Source: a virus (lineage: Duplodnaviria; Caudoviricetes). From it: DNA of 57,833 bases. The position numbers and the translations under genes were made by a program. Location: positions 1-57,833 of IMG/VR virus record IMGVR_UViG_3300033145_000723. One strand, written 5' to 3'. Under the pieces are notes generated by a model. It was not told the origin of the DNA, searched no databases, and was given only the letters and a program-made list of their open reading frames with translations. Positions 1 to 9,890 of this stretch are shown one piece after another; the stretch's first letter is position 1, and each line of letters starts with the position of its first letter.

Positions 1-1003
1 TTGTACCCCTTAACTTTTTCAGACAAACCAAGCAAAGGAAGAATCGCTTGTTGAACTCTCGCCTGAAATCCGAGTGATTGCAATGCCGCTGTCCTCTCCT
101 CGACTCCCATTCCTTTGAGTGCTTTTGTGAGTTGCTTGATGATATTTGGAAAAGGAAGAAACCCTTTTGTTTGAGCATCGATGGTTTCAATATTCAGTTT
201 CTTGAAAGCATCTTTGTTATTTGTAACTGCTTTAGACATGAGTAGGAACATTCTACTGAGGGTATTACCAGCAAGCTCACCCTTTATACCTTGATTCTAC
301 TGAGGGTATTACCAGCAAGCTCACCCTTTATACCTTGATCGGCGTAAGCGGCGAGAATTGCAATCCCCTCTTCAGCTTCAATGTTAAAAGACTTCATTGC
401 GGTTGCAGCTTTACTCGTAAGAGCCGTGGAGAATTGTTCAACAGATGCATTCGCAAGCGTATTAGCTCTCACGAGCATATCTGAAAGCTTGAGCATGTTC
501 GCTTGATTCTGAGCGGTGTCATCTACAGTCAATCCAAGAGCCGATTGAGCATCTGTCAAAAGATCAGTTGCTTTTGCCATATCAAAGTTACCGGCAACAG
601 AGAACTTTTCAACAGTTGCTAGAGCCGCAATCGATTGTTTGGCATCCATCCCTGCAGAAGCGAGAAAGAAATATGACTTCGCAAGGTCTTCCGCTGATGT
701 TACAGAATTGCGTGAGATGGAGTTTGCCATGTCCTCCATCTCACCACGCAATTCTTTCGTAACCCCTGACATGATTGCAGTTGATTTTGTCATCGCATCA
801 TCAAACGTTGCGAAAGACTTCACTGCTTTTCTGGCAATGAGGGCAAGAGGCAAAGTCAAAGCCAAGGACATTTTCATACCCATAGCAGAAACCGCCTGAG
901 ATGTTGCCATCATCTTGGCTTGCACTCGATTCATCGTACCTATGAACTGTACTGCATTCGCCATAAGACGAACCGAAAGCGTTCCGAGATTCAGAGCCAA
1001 CAT
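1..1003 (-). CDS. Tail tape measure protein (TP901-family core), N-terminal part; interrupted by a 44-bp tandem duplication and running off the window edge
   Basis: Ala-rich helical sequence with TP901-type motifs (FDDAMTKS, SAEDLAKSYFFLASAG, ADQGIKGELAGNTL), directly after the tail chaperones. Removing one duplicated copy restores an open frame (...GNTLSRMFLLMSKAVTNNKDAFKKLNI...) to base 1. Confidence 0.92.
250..337. repeat. Perfect 44-bp tandem duplication (250-293, 294-337)
   Basis: attctactgagggtattaccagcaagctcaccctttataccttg occurs twice back to back. Confidence 0.97.
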
Positions 1004-1006
1004 GAT

Positions 1007-1354
1007 TTACTCCTCTTTCCTTGAGAGTCCTACAGCAGCGAACCAAAAACTTTTGGACTCTTCCATTGTTGGTACAATTTTCTTCTTCGTTTTGAATCTA
1101 GGTTCAGTGAATTCAAGAAGCATTTGTTTCAACTTCACAGCGCGAGGATTCTTGACGTAACTTCTGCGAACCTCTGTAGCAATCTGAGCAAGGAAATAGT
1201 CTTGTCGATGAAACTCGTTTGCTTCCTTCTCAATGTAAACTTGCCACCTCGTAAATTCTGAGGAAGAGATTCGTTGCTTTATTTCCTCGACGGTGCAATG
1301 CATTCGGGTTGCAAGCTTGAACCAATCAAGCTCCTCTCCCGTTACTCGTTTTTT
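1007..1354 (-). CDS. Tail assembly chaperone, C-terminal (gpT-like) frame reached by -1 frameshift
   Basis: The -1 frame from the slippery site reads KRVTGEELDWFKLATRMHCTVEEIKQRISSSEFTRWQVY..., continuous with ORF 1007-1303; lies immediately upstream of the tape measure gene. Confidence 0.88.
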   Translation of the reverse strand, partial: KKRVTGEELDWFKLATRMHCTVEEIKQRISSSEFTRWQVYIEKEANEFHRQDYFLAQIATEVRRSYVKNPRAVKLKQMLLEFTEPRFKTKKKIVPTMEESKSFWFAAVGLSRKEE

Positions 1355-1704
1355 GCTTCTGCTTCACCAAGGTCTCCGAGACCATTCATTTCTTGAGCTT
1401 TTTCGAAAAGAGCATTCTGCACACGCGCGGGAAACTCTTGAAGGTCTTTGACAGAAATGATAGTGTCGTGCGGGTCTCTCAAAACAAGATTCAAGAGCAT
1501 TGCATGTAGTCCCTGGTAATCCTTCAGCCCAGAGGGATTTCCTTTTGCATCGAACTTCATTTTCGAGGACATTTTCGTGAGGTAGTTGTCACGTTCCTTG
1601 CCGGAAAGTTCACGGAGAGTATATGTCAACACCTCCCCATCCTGTTGCTCAATTTCAACCGGCTCTATGTTCAACTTCAGCGATAGATTCAGTGTCTCAC
1701 TCAT
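1342..1704 (-). CDS. Tail assembly chaperone (gpG-like), probable start MSETL
   Basis: Between tail tube and tape measure genes; LRELSGKERDNY...LFEKAQEMNGL...EAKN pattern typical of tail chaperones. Confidence 0.85.
   Translation of the reverse strand: MSETLNLSLKLNIEPVEIEQQDGEVLTYTLRELSGKERDNYLTKMSSKMKFDAKGNPSGLKDYQGLHAMLLNLVLRDPHDTIISVKDLQEFPARVQNALFEKAQEMNGLGDLGEAEAKNE
1348..1354 (-). other. Programmed -1 ribosomal frameshift heptamer A AAA AAC
   Basis: Minus strand GCA AAA AAC GAG TAA at the end of the gpG-like ORF fits X XXY YYZ, and the -1 frame is open into the next ORF. Confidence 0.88.
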
Positions 1705-1753
1705 AACGGTCCTTCCCAGGACTTTGCAAGACAAACGCCTTGCGGTTTCGGAA

Positions 1754-1782
1754 GGGAGGGGTTGACCCATGCAACCCCTCCC
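1754..1782 (-). terminator. 11-bp GC-rich hairpin after the tail tube gene (stabiliser or partial terminator)
   Basis: gggaggggttg / caacccctccc with a 7-nt loop; no strong U-tract. Confidence 0.5.
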
Positions 1783-1794
1783 ACCGTTAAAGAA

Positions 1795-2220
1795 TTACGC
1801 AGCGGCATAAACCGGTGCAGTTTCCACGAGCGAATCATTCTGATTGCTGGCGATGATTGTAACGTCAACTGTGGGTTGCTCTCCCTCGACTGCAGCACCG
1901 GGAGTGAAGGAATCAATCCATCCCCAGAACGCGAGAGTAGAACCATCAGCAAACGTAACAGTAATCAGCTGATTCGTATTCAACATGGTGATAACCTCTT
2001 CGTAAACGGCGGGATCATATGCAGCCGTGAACGAACTTTCACCAAGCGTTTTCAATTTCTTCGGTGCCTTTGTTCTCCAGATCAAATTGTGCATCGTCGT
2101 GGTATCGTTCTCCCCACCACCTTCAACACTGGGGGGAGTAACTTCTTTCTCCCACATTGCTACGTCTGCATCTTCAGCGAACCCAATTTTCGTGGGGTGT
2201 CCATCGTCGATTCTCGGCAT
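1795..2220 (-). CDS. Major tail tube protein
   Basis: 141 aa with VTPPSVEGG..DTTTM, AAYDP, ITVTFADGSTLAFWGWI motifs typical of siphovirus tail tube proteins; upstream of chaperones. Confidence 0.85.
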   Translation of the reverse strand: MPRIDDGHPTKIGFAEDADVAMWEKEVTPPSVEGGGENDTTTMHNLIWRTKAPKKLKTLGESSFTAAYDPAVYEEVITMLNTNQLITVTFADGSTLAFWGWIDSFTPGAAVEGEQPTVDVTIIASNQNDSLVETAPVYAAA

Positions 2221-2274
2221 TTCATTCTCCTTCGTTCCAGTTCGAAAACTTCAAATCAAAAAATTGAAAAGAAA

Positions 2275-2910
2275 CTATCCCGCTACATTGTTGTAGATAA
2301 TACCGAGACGGAAAAGAACACCCGCCGCTGCAGTATCCATATGAGAAACGTAAACTCTTCCAAGGTCTTCCCCTGCGAACGGGTTGTCATCGCCGTCTTC
2401 GTCATGCCACATTTTGACGGCACCTTCACCGATAGTCCAGTATGTAATCTCAACATCACTCACATCGATATCCAAGAAAACAACTTGACCATATTTCGCA
2501 AGAGATGCAAGACAAGCGTCAATGTTGTCACCGTCAACCACAACATCCAACTCCACAACGGCGCAACCGATGATCACAGCATCTTGCGTGGGAAGGTTGT
2601 CACCGTCTCCACCAGAGATAGGAACGGTAACACCCGAAACAGTTCCGGCGGTTACTCCGCGTCTTGCATACACGACTCCAGCAGTTGTCCAGTAGAGGTC
2701 AATGCGGTCACCGGTTTCGATGGTCTGTGTACTTTCATCCATCGTAATTTCGCCATCGGTGGCATCCGTGCGCGTGGTCAACGTTCCCGCGTTCGCTGCA
2801 GGAATTGTAACATCGTGGACAATTTGTCCATCACCTTCAATCGTTTTTGATTCTGCAAAACTCTTTCCACCAACCACAGAATTTTGCCGAATGGTTGCAG
2901 CTACACTCAT
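2275..2910 (-). CDS. Putative virion structural protein (beta-rich, acidic)
   Basis: 211 aa, Gly/Thr/Asp-rich, between tail terminator and tail tube genes. Confidence 0.6.
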   Translation of the reverse strand: MSVAATIRQNSVVGGKSFAESKTIEGDGQIVHDVTIPAANAGTLTTRTDATDGEITMDESTQTIETGDRIDLYWTTAGVVYARRGVTAGTVSGVTVPISGGDGDNLPTQDAVIIGCAVVELDVVVDGDNIDACLASLAKYGQVVFLDIDVSDVEITYWTIGEGAVKMWHDEDGDDNPFAGEDLGRVYVSHMDTAAAGVLFRLGIIYNNVAG

Positions 2911-3350
2911 GATTCTTCCTCCAAAGTTATGGTCAACAGAAAATTACAAACCCAATCAACTTTCCTCCCTTTATCTTCAGTCATTCCTAACGGCAAAATT
3001 GGTGAAGTCTGCGACACGCTTTTAATTTCATAAGTGCTTGTGTCCACTTCCACCTCTTCATTCTGGAGTGAGGCGAGATTGGTTACAACGTCTTGAATCT
3101 TTTCTCGCACCACTTCATTGTCAAGACCTCGAACGCGCAGTTGTACCCCCTCATGGAAAATCGTTTCCCCAGATTCCATTAACCTTCCGTCTCTTGTTCC
3201 GGCGGTATCAAAGAGAGCGGCAATCTTCGTTGGCTGAGGTGGAAACGCATTCATGTACAAAGCATAATCTGCAGAGAGGGTGCCAGAGAATAATCCCTCT
3301 GCAACCAGATACGTTTGAAGAATCTTTGAAGTTGGATGGTTCTGATTCAT
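2907..3350 (-). CDS. Tail terminator / 'minor capsid' family protein
   Basis: ALFDTAG...VQLRVRG...SPILPLG...NF pattern; position after the HK97-gp10-like gene. Confidence 0.78.
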   Translation of the reverse strand: MNQNHPTSKILQTYLVAEGLFSGTLSADYALYMNAFPPQPTKIAALFDTAGTRDGRLMESGETIFHEGVQLRVRGLDNEVVREKIQDVVTNLASLQNEEVEVDTSTYEIKSVSQTSPILPLGMTEDKGRKVDWVCNFLLTITLEEES

Positions 3351-3793
3351 TTCGCTATTGCCCTCGCAATCATTCCAAGAATCACTTCACGGTTTTTTCT
3401 CGCGGGTCTCTCAAGGAATTTCGCCTGTTGATTCTCTCCTCTTGTCTTAAACGGTTTACCATCTTTCGTTTTGTGTTTCGCAGCAATTTGCAGCGCATGC
3501 TTTTCGTTGTATTTCTTTCCATGCGCTGCAGTCAAATCCTCATGGACAAAGACTGCATACTCTGCGGTGTACCCCACGATCACAGAAGTGAAAAGTCCAA
3601 CTCCAGACGCGCGAGTAAACGCAGTATTTTTTAAGTTCCCCTCTTCAACAGGAACAATCTCTTGACTTTTCCTCTGGAGGTAAAGACCCGCCGCAATTAT
3701 CCCTTTCCGAAAACGCGATTCGATCAATTTGTTGGCTCTATTCAGATTCCCTAGAACCTGATTCAAACCAGTGATGTTATTCATAATCGGCAT
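3347..3793 (-). CDS. HK97 gp10-like tail completion/neck protein
   Basis: SQEIVPVEEGNLKNT, VGYTAEYAVFVHE, QAKFLERP motifs. Confidence 0.85.
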   Translation of the reverse strand: MPIMNNITGLNQVLGNLNRANKLIESRFRKGIIAAGLYLQRKSQEIVPVEEGNLKNTAFTRASGVGLFTSVIVGYTAEYAVFVHEDLTAAHGKKYNEKHALQIAAKHKTKDGKPFKTRGENQQAKFLERPARKNREVILGMIARAIAK

Positions 3794-3802
3794 AGCTATT
3801 TC

Positions 3803-4588
3803 CTAGAGATACGCAATTCTCAAGTAACCAGTTTTCCTCAAGTTCGGCATCTCTTTGAATTCTAGAATCTCTTCAGCGTTCACGTTTTCATTTGGGTTGA
3901 CGTAATCTAAAACGTCATCCATAACCCCTTTCATCAAAACGCCAGCACGTTGGACAACTCTGTCGGTGTAAATTTGTGCCTTTGACATTTGTGTAGTTCC
4001 ATCTGAGTTAACAATTTCCATCAAATTGTCTTCCCATCTGCAAGCAATTTGTATCGGAGCATCGAATGTAGGATTCCCATATTCATCAAAGGTGCTTTGC
4101 GGTGCCCAATAAACTGCCGCTTGTCTCATAGCTCTTCTGACAAAAGGAATGTTTCCTGTATCATCGCCAACATCTGAAATCGGTGCACGAATCATAAGTG
4201 AATCAGTTGAACCGTCTCCACCAACTGAGCGACAAAAAACAAAATACGTTCCTAAATCAGTAATATCAAGAGCCATGTTATTTTCATCCCAAGTAAAACC
4301 GTAGGATGCAAAAATGTCACCACTCCCTGCCCTGGAAGCATAAATTGTATCGACCACACCACCAATTTCTTGATCGCGCGTGATAACGGTTCCAGTTCCA
4401 TCTTTGTTATCTTCTTCAGTTAACACTTTCGGTACTGGAGAGGAACCACTTGGACAGTAGAGACCGGTCTTTCCTCCAAGCGTATCAGTATCCAACACGT
4501 TTACAAGAGATGGTAAATCCATCCCGGTTTCTAAACCGAGAGTGACTACCCCTAAACCAGTTCCAATATAGTTAAAATTTTCTGGCAT
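3803..4588 (-). CDS. Head-closure (stopper)-like protein with ~140-aa N-terminal extension
   Basis: C-terminal ~115 aa (QAAVYWAP..FDEYGNPTFDAPIQIACRWED...SKAQIYTD...RIAYL) resembles head-closure proteins; precedes the gp10-like gene. Confidence 0.7.
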   Translation of the reverse strand: MPENFNYIGTGLGVVTLGLETGMDLPSLVNVLDTDTLGGKTGLYCPSGSSPVPKVLTEEDNKDGTGTVITRDQEIGGVVDTIYASRAGSGDIFASYGFTWDENNMALDITDLGTYFVFCRSVGGDGSTDSLMIRAPISDVGDDTGNIPFVRRAMRQAAVYWAPQSTFDEYGNPTFDAPIQIACRWEDNLMEIVNSDGTTQMSKAQIYTDRVVQRAGVLMKGVMDDVLDYVNPNENVNAEEILEFKEMPNLRKTGYLRIAYL

Positions 4589-4591
4589 TAC

Positions 4592-6196
4592 TTACTCCCA
4601 TGAAGGTGTCCAGGTGTAAGGTCCAGGATCATCCCCAGAACGATTAAGAGTTGACATCAACACGTTGGATTCATTGTAGATTAGAACTTGTGTCCCTTCC
4701 GCATTGATCACCTTCTTTCCTGCAACGGCTCCAAGCACCTTACTCAATTCACTCGCTTGAGCATAAAGATTTGCTACAAGAGTTCGCGCATTCATCTGCA
4801 CGGTGGTTGGTTGTGTTCCGAGTGTCACAGCAAGAGCGTCATTTTGATCTGCAACATCCGAAATATCATCTTCGATATCTAAATGCTCACCTGAAAGAAC
4901 TGCATGTTCTGCGGTCATCTCTGCGTGAGTCGCTGCATCAATCTCTGCAGAAATTTGAGCAGGAGTTACCATCGCTTGCATCACATAAAGTTCTGCAGCG
5001 GTGTCTAAAGCAACTGGTGATGGTCTTCCAAGAATAACCGCCCCCGCATTATCCATACTCAAAATCCAAGAGCCATAGAATTGATCGTTATTCGTCACAT
5101 CATGAATAAGTACGCGGTGACCTTGATACATATTTGTTACAGCCGGAAGCGATGCACAAGTGACATGGGACGCATCGGCCACGGCTGTGATTCCATACTC
5201 GTCGATCAAAGAAAGCGAAGCACGAAAGCCGAAACTATTGTGATCGGTATGTTCAGACACGTTATGTTCCGCAACCGCTTGTGCATATTCTTCCAGAGTA
5301 GGACCGGCAACAACACTATCAACCTGGACCAACCCAAGATACAAACGTTTTGCGCCGTTAGTATTCGTAGAGGTATAACGGACTTTGACTTCGCCCGTAC
5401 CATCCTCTTGGTTCTGAGCATAAACGGTATAACTATGAGGCGTGTACGAATTCCCACTAATGGCAGATGAAGTCTCCGACACCTGCTCCCACGCAACAGT
5501 CATATAGTTCCACAGCCAAACATGAACGACACCAGCAATATCTTCTTTGGCTGTGATCCGAATAATGTTTGCAGACTTCCCCGGAAGCGTGAAGGTTTGA
5601 TCGACGTTCAAACCAAATCCACCCACGAGAGCGGTCGGTGCAATCGTCCAAGGAGAACCATCATTCAACCAAGTGTTATCACCATCCCCAGCGATGTTGG
5701 TGCCTGTCGTTATATTACCACCTCCAGGCTCCACGTCGGCATGATCGGAAGTAGGAACACCGGCAACAATTGCAGTCACCACTTCTGCTAAACTATCACC
5801 TTCAGCAAAAACAGAACCATCATTTGTATTGTCTGCCATTTTGGTAAGCATCCCTGAGAGCGTGGGTAACCCCCCATTCAATACAACAGGAAGTCCCTGC
5901 TTATCTGAGATAGAAAAACCATACCGTTTGTCTTCACATCCCGCGCATTCAACCTGGAAGTACAAACCTCCAAAGGTATCATTTCTGGCAGCAAGAAGAG
6001 TAAGTTTGTAAGCGCCTAGGCTCATCTCTGTGAGCGTGAAATGTGTAGTTGCTGTTTGTAATTCCCAATCTGCTGAATCTGCATTCATAAGGCGAAGGGT
6101 AATGTCACCAACAACCTTTCCGGTTACATCTGCTTGCTCAGATGTTTCAAGCCGAATTTGAAAAACAACATCTACACCTTTTGCAAAATCAAGCAT
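4592..6196 (-). CDS. Putative virion fibre/whisker protein (534 aa)
   Basis: Beta-rich acidic domains followed by a heptad-like segment (HAEMTAEHAVLSGEHLDIEDDISDV); inside the neck module. Confidence 0.55.
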   Translation of the reverse strand: MLDFAKGVDVVFQIRLETSEQADVTGKVVGDITLRLMNADSADWELQTATTHFTLTEMSLGAYKLTLLAARNDTFGGLYFQVECAGCEDKRYGFSISDKQGLPVVLNGGLPTLSGMLTKMADNTNDGSVFAEGDSLAEVVTAIVAGVPTSDHADVEPGGGNITTGTNIAGDGDNTWLNDGSPWTIAPTALVGGFGLNVDQTFTLPGKSANIIRITAKEDIAGVVHVWLWNYMTVAWEQVSETSSAISGNSYTPHSYTVYAQNQEDGTGEVKVRYTSTNTNGAKRLYLGLVQVDSVVAGPTLEEYAQAVAEHNVSEHTDHNSFGFRASLSLIDEYGITAVADASHVTCASLPAVTNMYQGHRVLIHDVTNNDQFYGSWILSMDNAGAVILGRPSPVALDTAAELYVMQAMVTPAQISAEIDAATHAEMTAEHAVLSGEHLDIEDDISDVADQNDALAVTLGTQPTTVQMNARTLVANLYAQASELSKVLGAVAGKKVINAEGTQVLIYNESNVLMSTLNRSGDDPGPYTWTPSWE

Positions 6197-6205
6197 TCGA
6201 CTCTC

Positions 6206-9200
6206 CTAGTTAAACGGCTGATTGAACGGTTCATTGACCGAGTTATTGAAAATCGTTTGCAAGACTTCTCCAGTCTCGCCTTCGATGATTTCAAGTTTCA
6301 TAATGATATTGCAAGGATCATCAGCAGTTACTGAAGAAGCGCCTGCAAGATTTTGTTGATCGTAACTATTCGCCGCTGTCTTATAGTAGTAGCCAAGACC
6401 ACCAAGATTGATACTGTAAGCGGTTCCAGCTTTTCCAGCAGTTCCGCCTACATCTGTAATGAGCAGATAATCCCTAGCAGGATTGATATTGAAATTCGTG
6501 GCATCACTTCTTTCCTGTTGATATGCTTCATGTATTTTCACACCGCTTCTGGTATCGAAAAGAATTTCAGTTGGAGTCGTTGTGCCGTTTGCCGTTTCTC
6601 CATCGCGTTCAACAATTGAAATGTTATCCGCATACAAACCTTCGTGACCACCACCACTGACCGTCACACGAACTTGCGTCCCTGCTGTCTCTAACCATTC
6701 TGCAGGTATGATTGTGCGGATAGTATAATTCGCCCACCCCCACGAAGCACCACCCGCCATGTACTTTTGAAATTGATTCAACCATCCATCTGGATCAACC
6801 GTTTCTTGAAGGTCAACTTTCTCAACCCAATAATCTATCGCCTCAGTTCCACCATCATTATAGATTTGTGGTGCCATCAAGTATTGATAAGACTTCACGC
6901 TTGAGTTGATCGGTATCGCAAGAAGATCAACTTGCGTTCGCATTTCTTCATCAGCAAAAATCTGGCAATAGAGAGTTCCATAGGTTCCGGCATCTGGGTC
7001 CATGCCAATTTTCAGATAGTAAATTTCATTCGCGACCATACTGTTCCATGAATCAACGGTAAGAGCGCCGCCATCGCATTCCGTAATTTCAATCCGTTCA
7101 GGAAAACTACCCGCACCGTCAAGAAGGAAATGCACCTCAAGAAAATCACCACTCGCATCGTCAATAGTTTTCAAATCACTTTCAACATTTGTCAGAGCAT
7201 AGATAGAAGCCCACCCCCACGTTCCGGTTGAAGTATGTTTACAGCAGCACGCCAACGTATGTTCCCACCTGCCGGTGAAATGGTCAACTCCATGATCCTT
7301 CACGGTCCAAGCGTCTTCATCTCTGGCGAAATCTTCCATCGTCAAGCGTGTGCGCTGTTCAGTTGAAATCGTATCGGACGGGTCTTCCTCAATGTAGTCA
7401 TTGAAGAAATCTTCATACGGCGCGACGGACAAACCGAGGTCATGGCATTCGGTGTAGCCGTAGCTAATATCTCCGACTGCTCCCGAATCATAGCCGCTTA
7501 AAGCGGAGTAATATCGAAGATCAAATTTCTCATGGAGGGTGACGGACATGGTATCTAATAAAACTGTCCGATCAAAATCGGAATAGATATACATGTACTG
7601 CGTTCCGTAAGTACCTACCGCTTCATCGCGAACGATTGTAGCAAAGTATTTCGTGTCATAACTGATGGTGTAAGAATCGCTATAGAAAGTTCCTTCAAAT
7701 AGTTCACGGCAATAAATAGACTTCGCTCCACCAGTCGAAAGGAAGGTATGAGCGCAAAGATAGCTTCCATCGTTATCGAAAGTCTCCCAAGGCTCTTCGT
7801 CTACTAAAGTCAACATCCAAACAAAAAGCACCGCACCATTTGCAGCCGCCGAACTTTCACTACCAAAATAGAAAGCAAACTTATGGGCAAAGTCACCGTC
7901 AAAATATCCCGCGCCGAAATCTTTATTAGTCCAAATGGTAGTCTCACGATTGACACCACTCGCAATCATTCGCGTCGCGGTATGGAATAGTCGCGGCTCT
8001 TCAAGGTTGAAGTTGTACGTCCGAAAATCTTCATACGGTTCGATCTTCACATCGCCAAGGTCAACGTCTGCCACCTCAAAAGTACAAGGAAGATTGCCAC
8101 CAGTGTTCCATGAATTCACCGGATAATAATAACGGAAATGATAGATCGCTGTAGAGAGCGTCACGACCAAAGTATCCGCGAGCGTTTGCATCGCTGCATC
8201 GGTGTAGATATAGGCATACAAATCACCGTTTGCAGAACCCGCGAGTTCACGCCACACCCTAATCCAATATCGCGTTCCAGCCGTATGCGTAAACGTATCA
8301 GTGCTCCCACCACCGCCGGGAGGATTTTCCCAAAGAATTGTCCTTTCATTTGAATCATAATAATAGAGATTGAAGAAAGCTCCACCAGCATCATAGAGTT
8401 CCTTGCTTCCCTGAAGTGTATCCGAAAGCATCCAAGCGAGAACTATTGCGCCATTGTTAGTGTCAGAGAGAGGTAAGTACGAAAACTTGTGGTCAATCTC
8501 CGTGAAGTATTCATCCCCGAAATCATAACCGAGATACGCCGTTTCGTTATTGTTGATTGCGGTCGCGACCACTTCAAACCGATCAAGGGCAATAGTCGAA
8601 TTTGGATCAAGCTCAATCGCTTGTGTCAAATCCTGGAGATAGTCGGGTTCTGCGCCAGCGATTTCAAAATGACTTACAGTAAAATCTATCTGAGCGCTAA
8701 GCCCACTGTTGTAAGTATTCACCGCAAAGAAAAATTCAAATTCGTAGACTTCATTCAGTGCAATGGTTACTGTATCGTAAAGTGTATTGTGACTCGCATC
8801 AGTATAGATGTAGCAATATCCATTTGTCCCGATCCGCTGAAAGATGCAATAGTATTTTGTTCCGACAACAACGGTCGATGGGGTACGATCTTGCGTCCAA
8901 GCCCCATCACGCATTTCAGAAATACGGAGATCGTTATCACCACCAGACCCATCCCAAAGCATAATAAAAAGGGTATTACCAGGATCGCCAGTATAGATAC
9001 TAGAGACATCATTCACAACGTCTTGCACTCCGCAGACAACAGCCAAGCCGCCTCCGTTTACGTCAACATCCAAAGACACATCGAATTCAATCGAAAAATC
9101 ACCAGCGAAGGACATACGCTCGTAGGCCCATGCATCTTCATCCCTCTGAAGACCATCAACGACAATGGTAGACTTCCCACGGTCGAACCGAGAGTTTACA

Positions 9201-9232
9201 TCCCACCATTTATATAGAGACAAGTCCTGCAT
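6206..9232 (-). CDS. 1008-aa putative virion adhesin with four ~200-aa lectin-like beta-sandwich repeats plus a C-terminal domain
   Basis: Repeats start MQDLSLY / LQDLTQA / YEDFRTY / YEDFFND and each contains G..Y.(Y/Q)I(Y/F).D.....L.D(T/L) and (Y/W)(N/D).G; aromatic- and Asp-rich. Confidence 0.7.
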   Translation of the reverse strand: MQDLSLYKWWDVNSRFDRGKSTIVVDGLQRDEDAWAYERMSFAGDFSIEFDVSLDVDVNGGGLAVVCGVQDVVNDVSSIYTGDPGNTLFIMLWDGSGGDNDLRISEMRDGAWTQDRTPSTVVVGTKYYCIFQRIGTNGYCYIYTDASHNTLYDTVTIALNEVYEFEFFFAVNTYNSGLSAQIDFTVSHFEIAGAEPDYLQDLTQAIELDPNSTIALDRFEVVATAINNNETAYLGYDFGDEYFTEIDHKFSYLPLSDTNNGAIVLAWMLSDTLQGSKELYDAGGAFFNLYYYDSNERTILWENPPGGGGSTDTFTHTAGTRYWIRVWRELAGSANGDLYAYIYTDAAMQTLADTLVVTLSTAIYHFRYYYPVNSWNTGGNLPCTFEVADVDLGDVKIEPYEDFRTYNFNLEEPRLFHTATRMIASGVNRETTIWTNKDFGAGYFDGDFAHKFAFYFGSESSAAANGAVLFVWMLTLVDEEPWETFDNDGSYLCAHTFLSTGGAKSIYCRELFEGTFYSDSYTISYDTKYFATIVRDEAVGTYGTQYMYIYSDFDRTVLLDTMSVTLHEKFDLRYYSALSGYDSGAVGDISYGYTECHDLGLSVAPYEDFFNDYIEEDPSDTISTEQRTRLTMEDFARDEDAWTVKDHGVDHFTGRWEHTLACCCKHTSTGTWGWASIYALTNVESDLKTIDDASGDFLEVHFLLDGAGSFPERIEITECDGGALTVDSWNSMVANEIYYLKIGMDPDAGTYGTLYCQIFADEEMRTQVDLLAIPINSSVKSYQYLMAPQIYNDGGTEAIDYWVEKVDLQETVDPDGWLNQFQKYMAGGASWGWANYTIRTIIPAEWLETAGTQVRVTVSGGGHEGLYADNISIVERDGETANGTTTPTEILFDTRSGVKIHEAYQQERSDATNFNINPARDYLLITDVGGTAGKAGTAYSINLGGLGYYYKTAANSYDQQNLAGASSVTADDPCNIIMKLEIIEGETGEVLQTIFNNSVNEPFNQPFN

Positions 9233-9235
9233 GAA

Positions 9236-9619
9236 CTACTCCACGACCGGACCTTCAGTGGCGACGACTTTCGCGTCTTTCAAACCGCCGACGTAAACAA
9301 CCTTTGACTCAGGAGCATCGACCCACCGTTTTGATTTCAAGCCTGCCGTCTTCAAGAGTTCATCGGGTGTTGGTTCAACAGGAATTTCCTGTCCATCTTC
9401 TGTTCTTTCAGGAGGACCGACAGAAGATTGATCGCGCAACGGATTCAAGACCGCAAAGTATTCGCGCTGAATCGCAAGGCATTCCGCGCGCGCAGCATCG
9501 CCGCTGGAATTCTTTGCTTGCTTGTTATGCTCTTCCCTGTACTTCTCGATCATGCTCCACAGAAATTCCTTTTTCAATTCATCTGTGGTACAATCTTTCG
9601 GAATCACAACCGCCATCAC
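9236..9619 (-). CDS. Hypothetical protein
   Basis: 127-aa ORF tightly packed in the operon, with SD. Confidence 0.7.
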   Translation of the reverse strand: MMAVVIPKDCTTDELKKEFLWSMIEKYREEHNKQAKNSSGDAARAECLAIQREYFAVLNPLRDQSSVGPPERTEDGQEIPVEPTPDELLKTAGLKSKRWVDAPESKVVYVGGLKDAKVVATEGPVVE

Positions 9620-9888
9620 GCTTCCTCCTTGAGATCAATAATCATTCGCTCTTTCAACCAGAGCAAAAACTTAACACAAGAGCCGCAAAGAACATCGGTT
9701 CGCTTGAATCCAAAAAATGTAATCAACGCTTCACATTCCTCTTCACTTCTTTGCCAAAGTGGAAGACCATCTTGCCGATTACAATGAGGAACCATACAAG
9801 AAGGCATTCGTTCCCCTCTTCTTTTCCCACCCGAAGTAAAAATTGCCAGCAAGATACCGATGACAATAATTGCAATCGCCCATTCCAT
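9616..9888 (-). CDS. Small membrane protein with Cys motifs (start MEWAI)
   Basis: N-terminal TM helix, then CMVPHC and LCGSC. Confidence 0.65.
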   Translation of the reverse strand: MEWAIAIIVIGILLAIFTSGGKRRGERMPSCMVPHCNRQDGLPLWQRSEEECEALITFFGFKRTDVLCGSCVKFLLWLKERMIIDLKEEA

Positions 9889-9890
9889 CT

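Noticed and set aside
1762-2850. Long plus-strand ORF (362 aa) and other antisense ORFs such as 8489-9217, 14338-15030 and 42880-43461
   Set aside because: Shadow frames opposite well-supported genes; no SD or recognisable motifs.
6206-9232. Diversity-generating retroelement target
   Set aside because: No reverse transcriptase and no near-identical template/variable repeat pair seen in the window; the repeats are ancient protein-level duplications.
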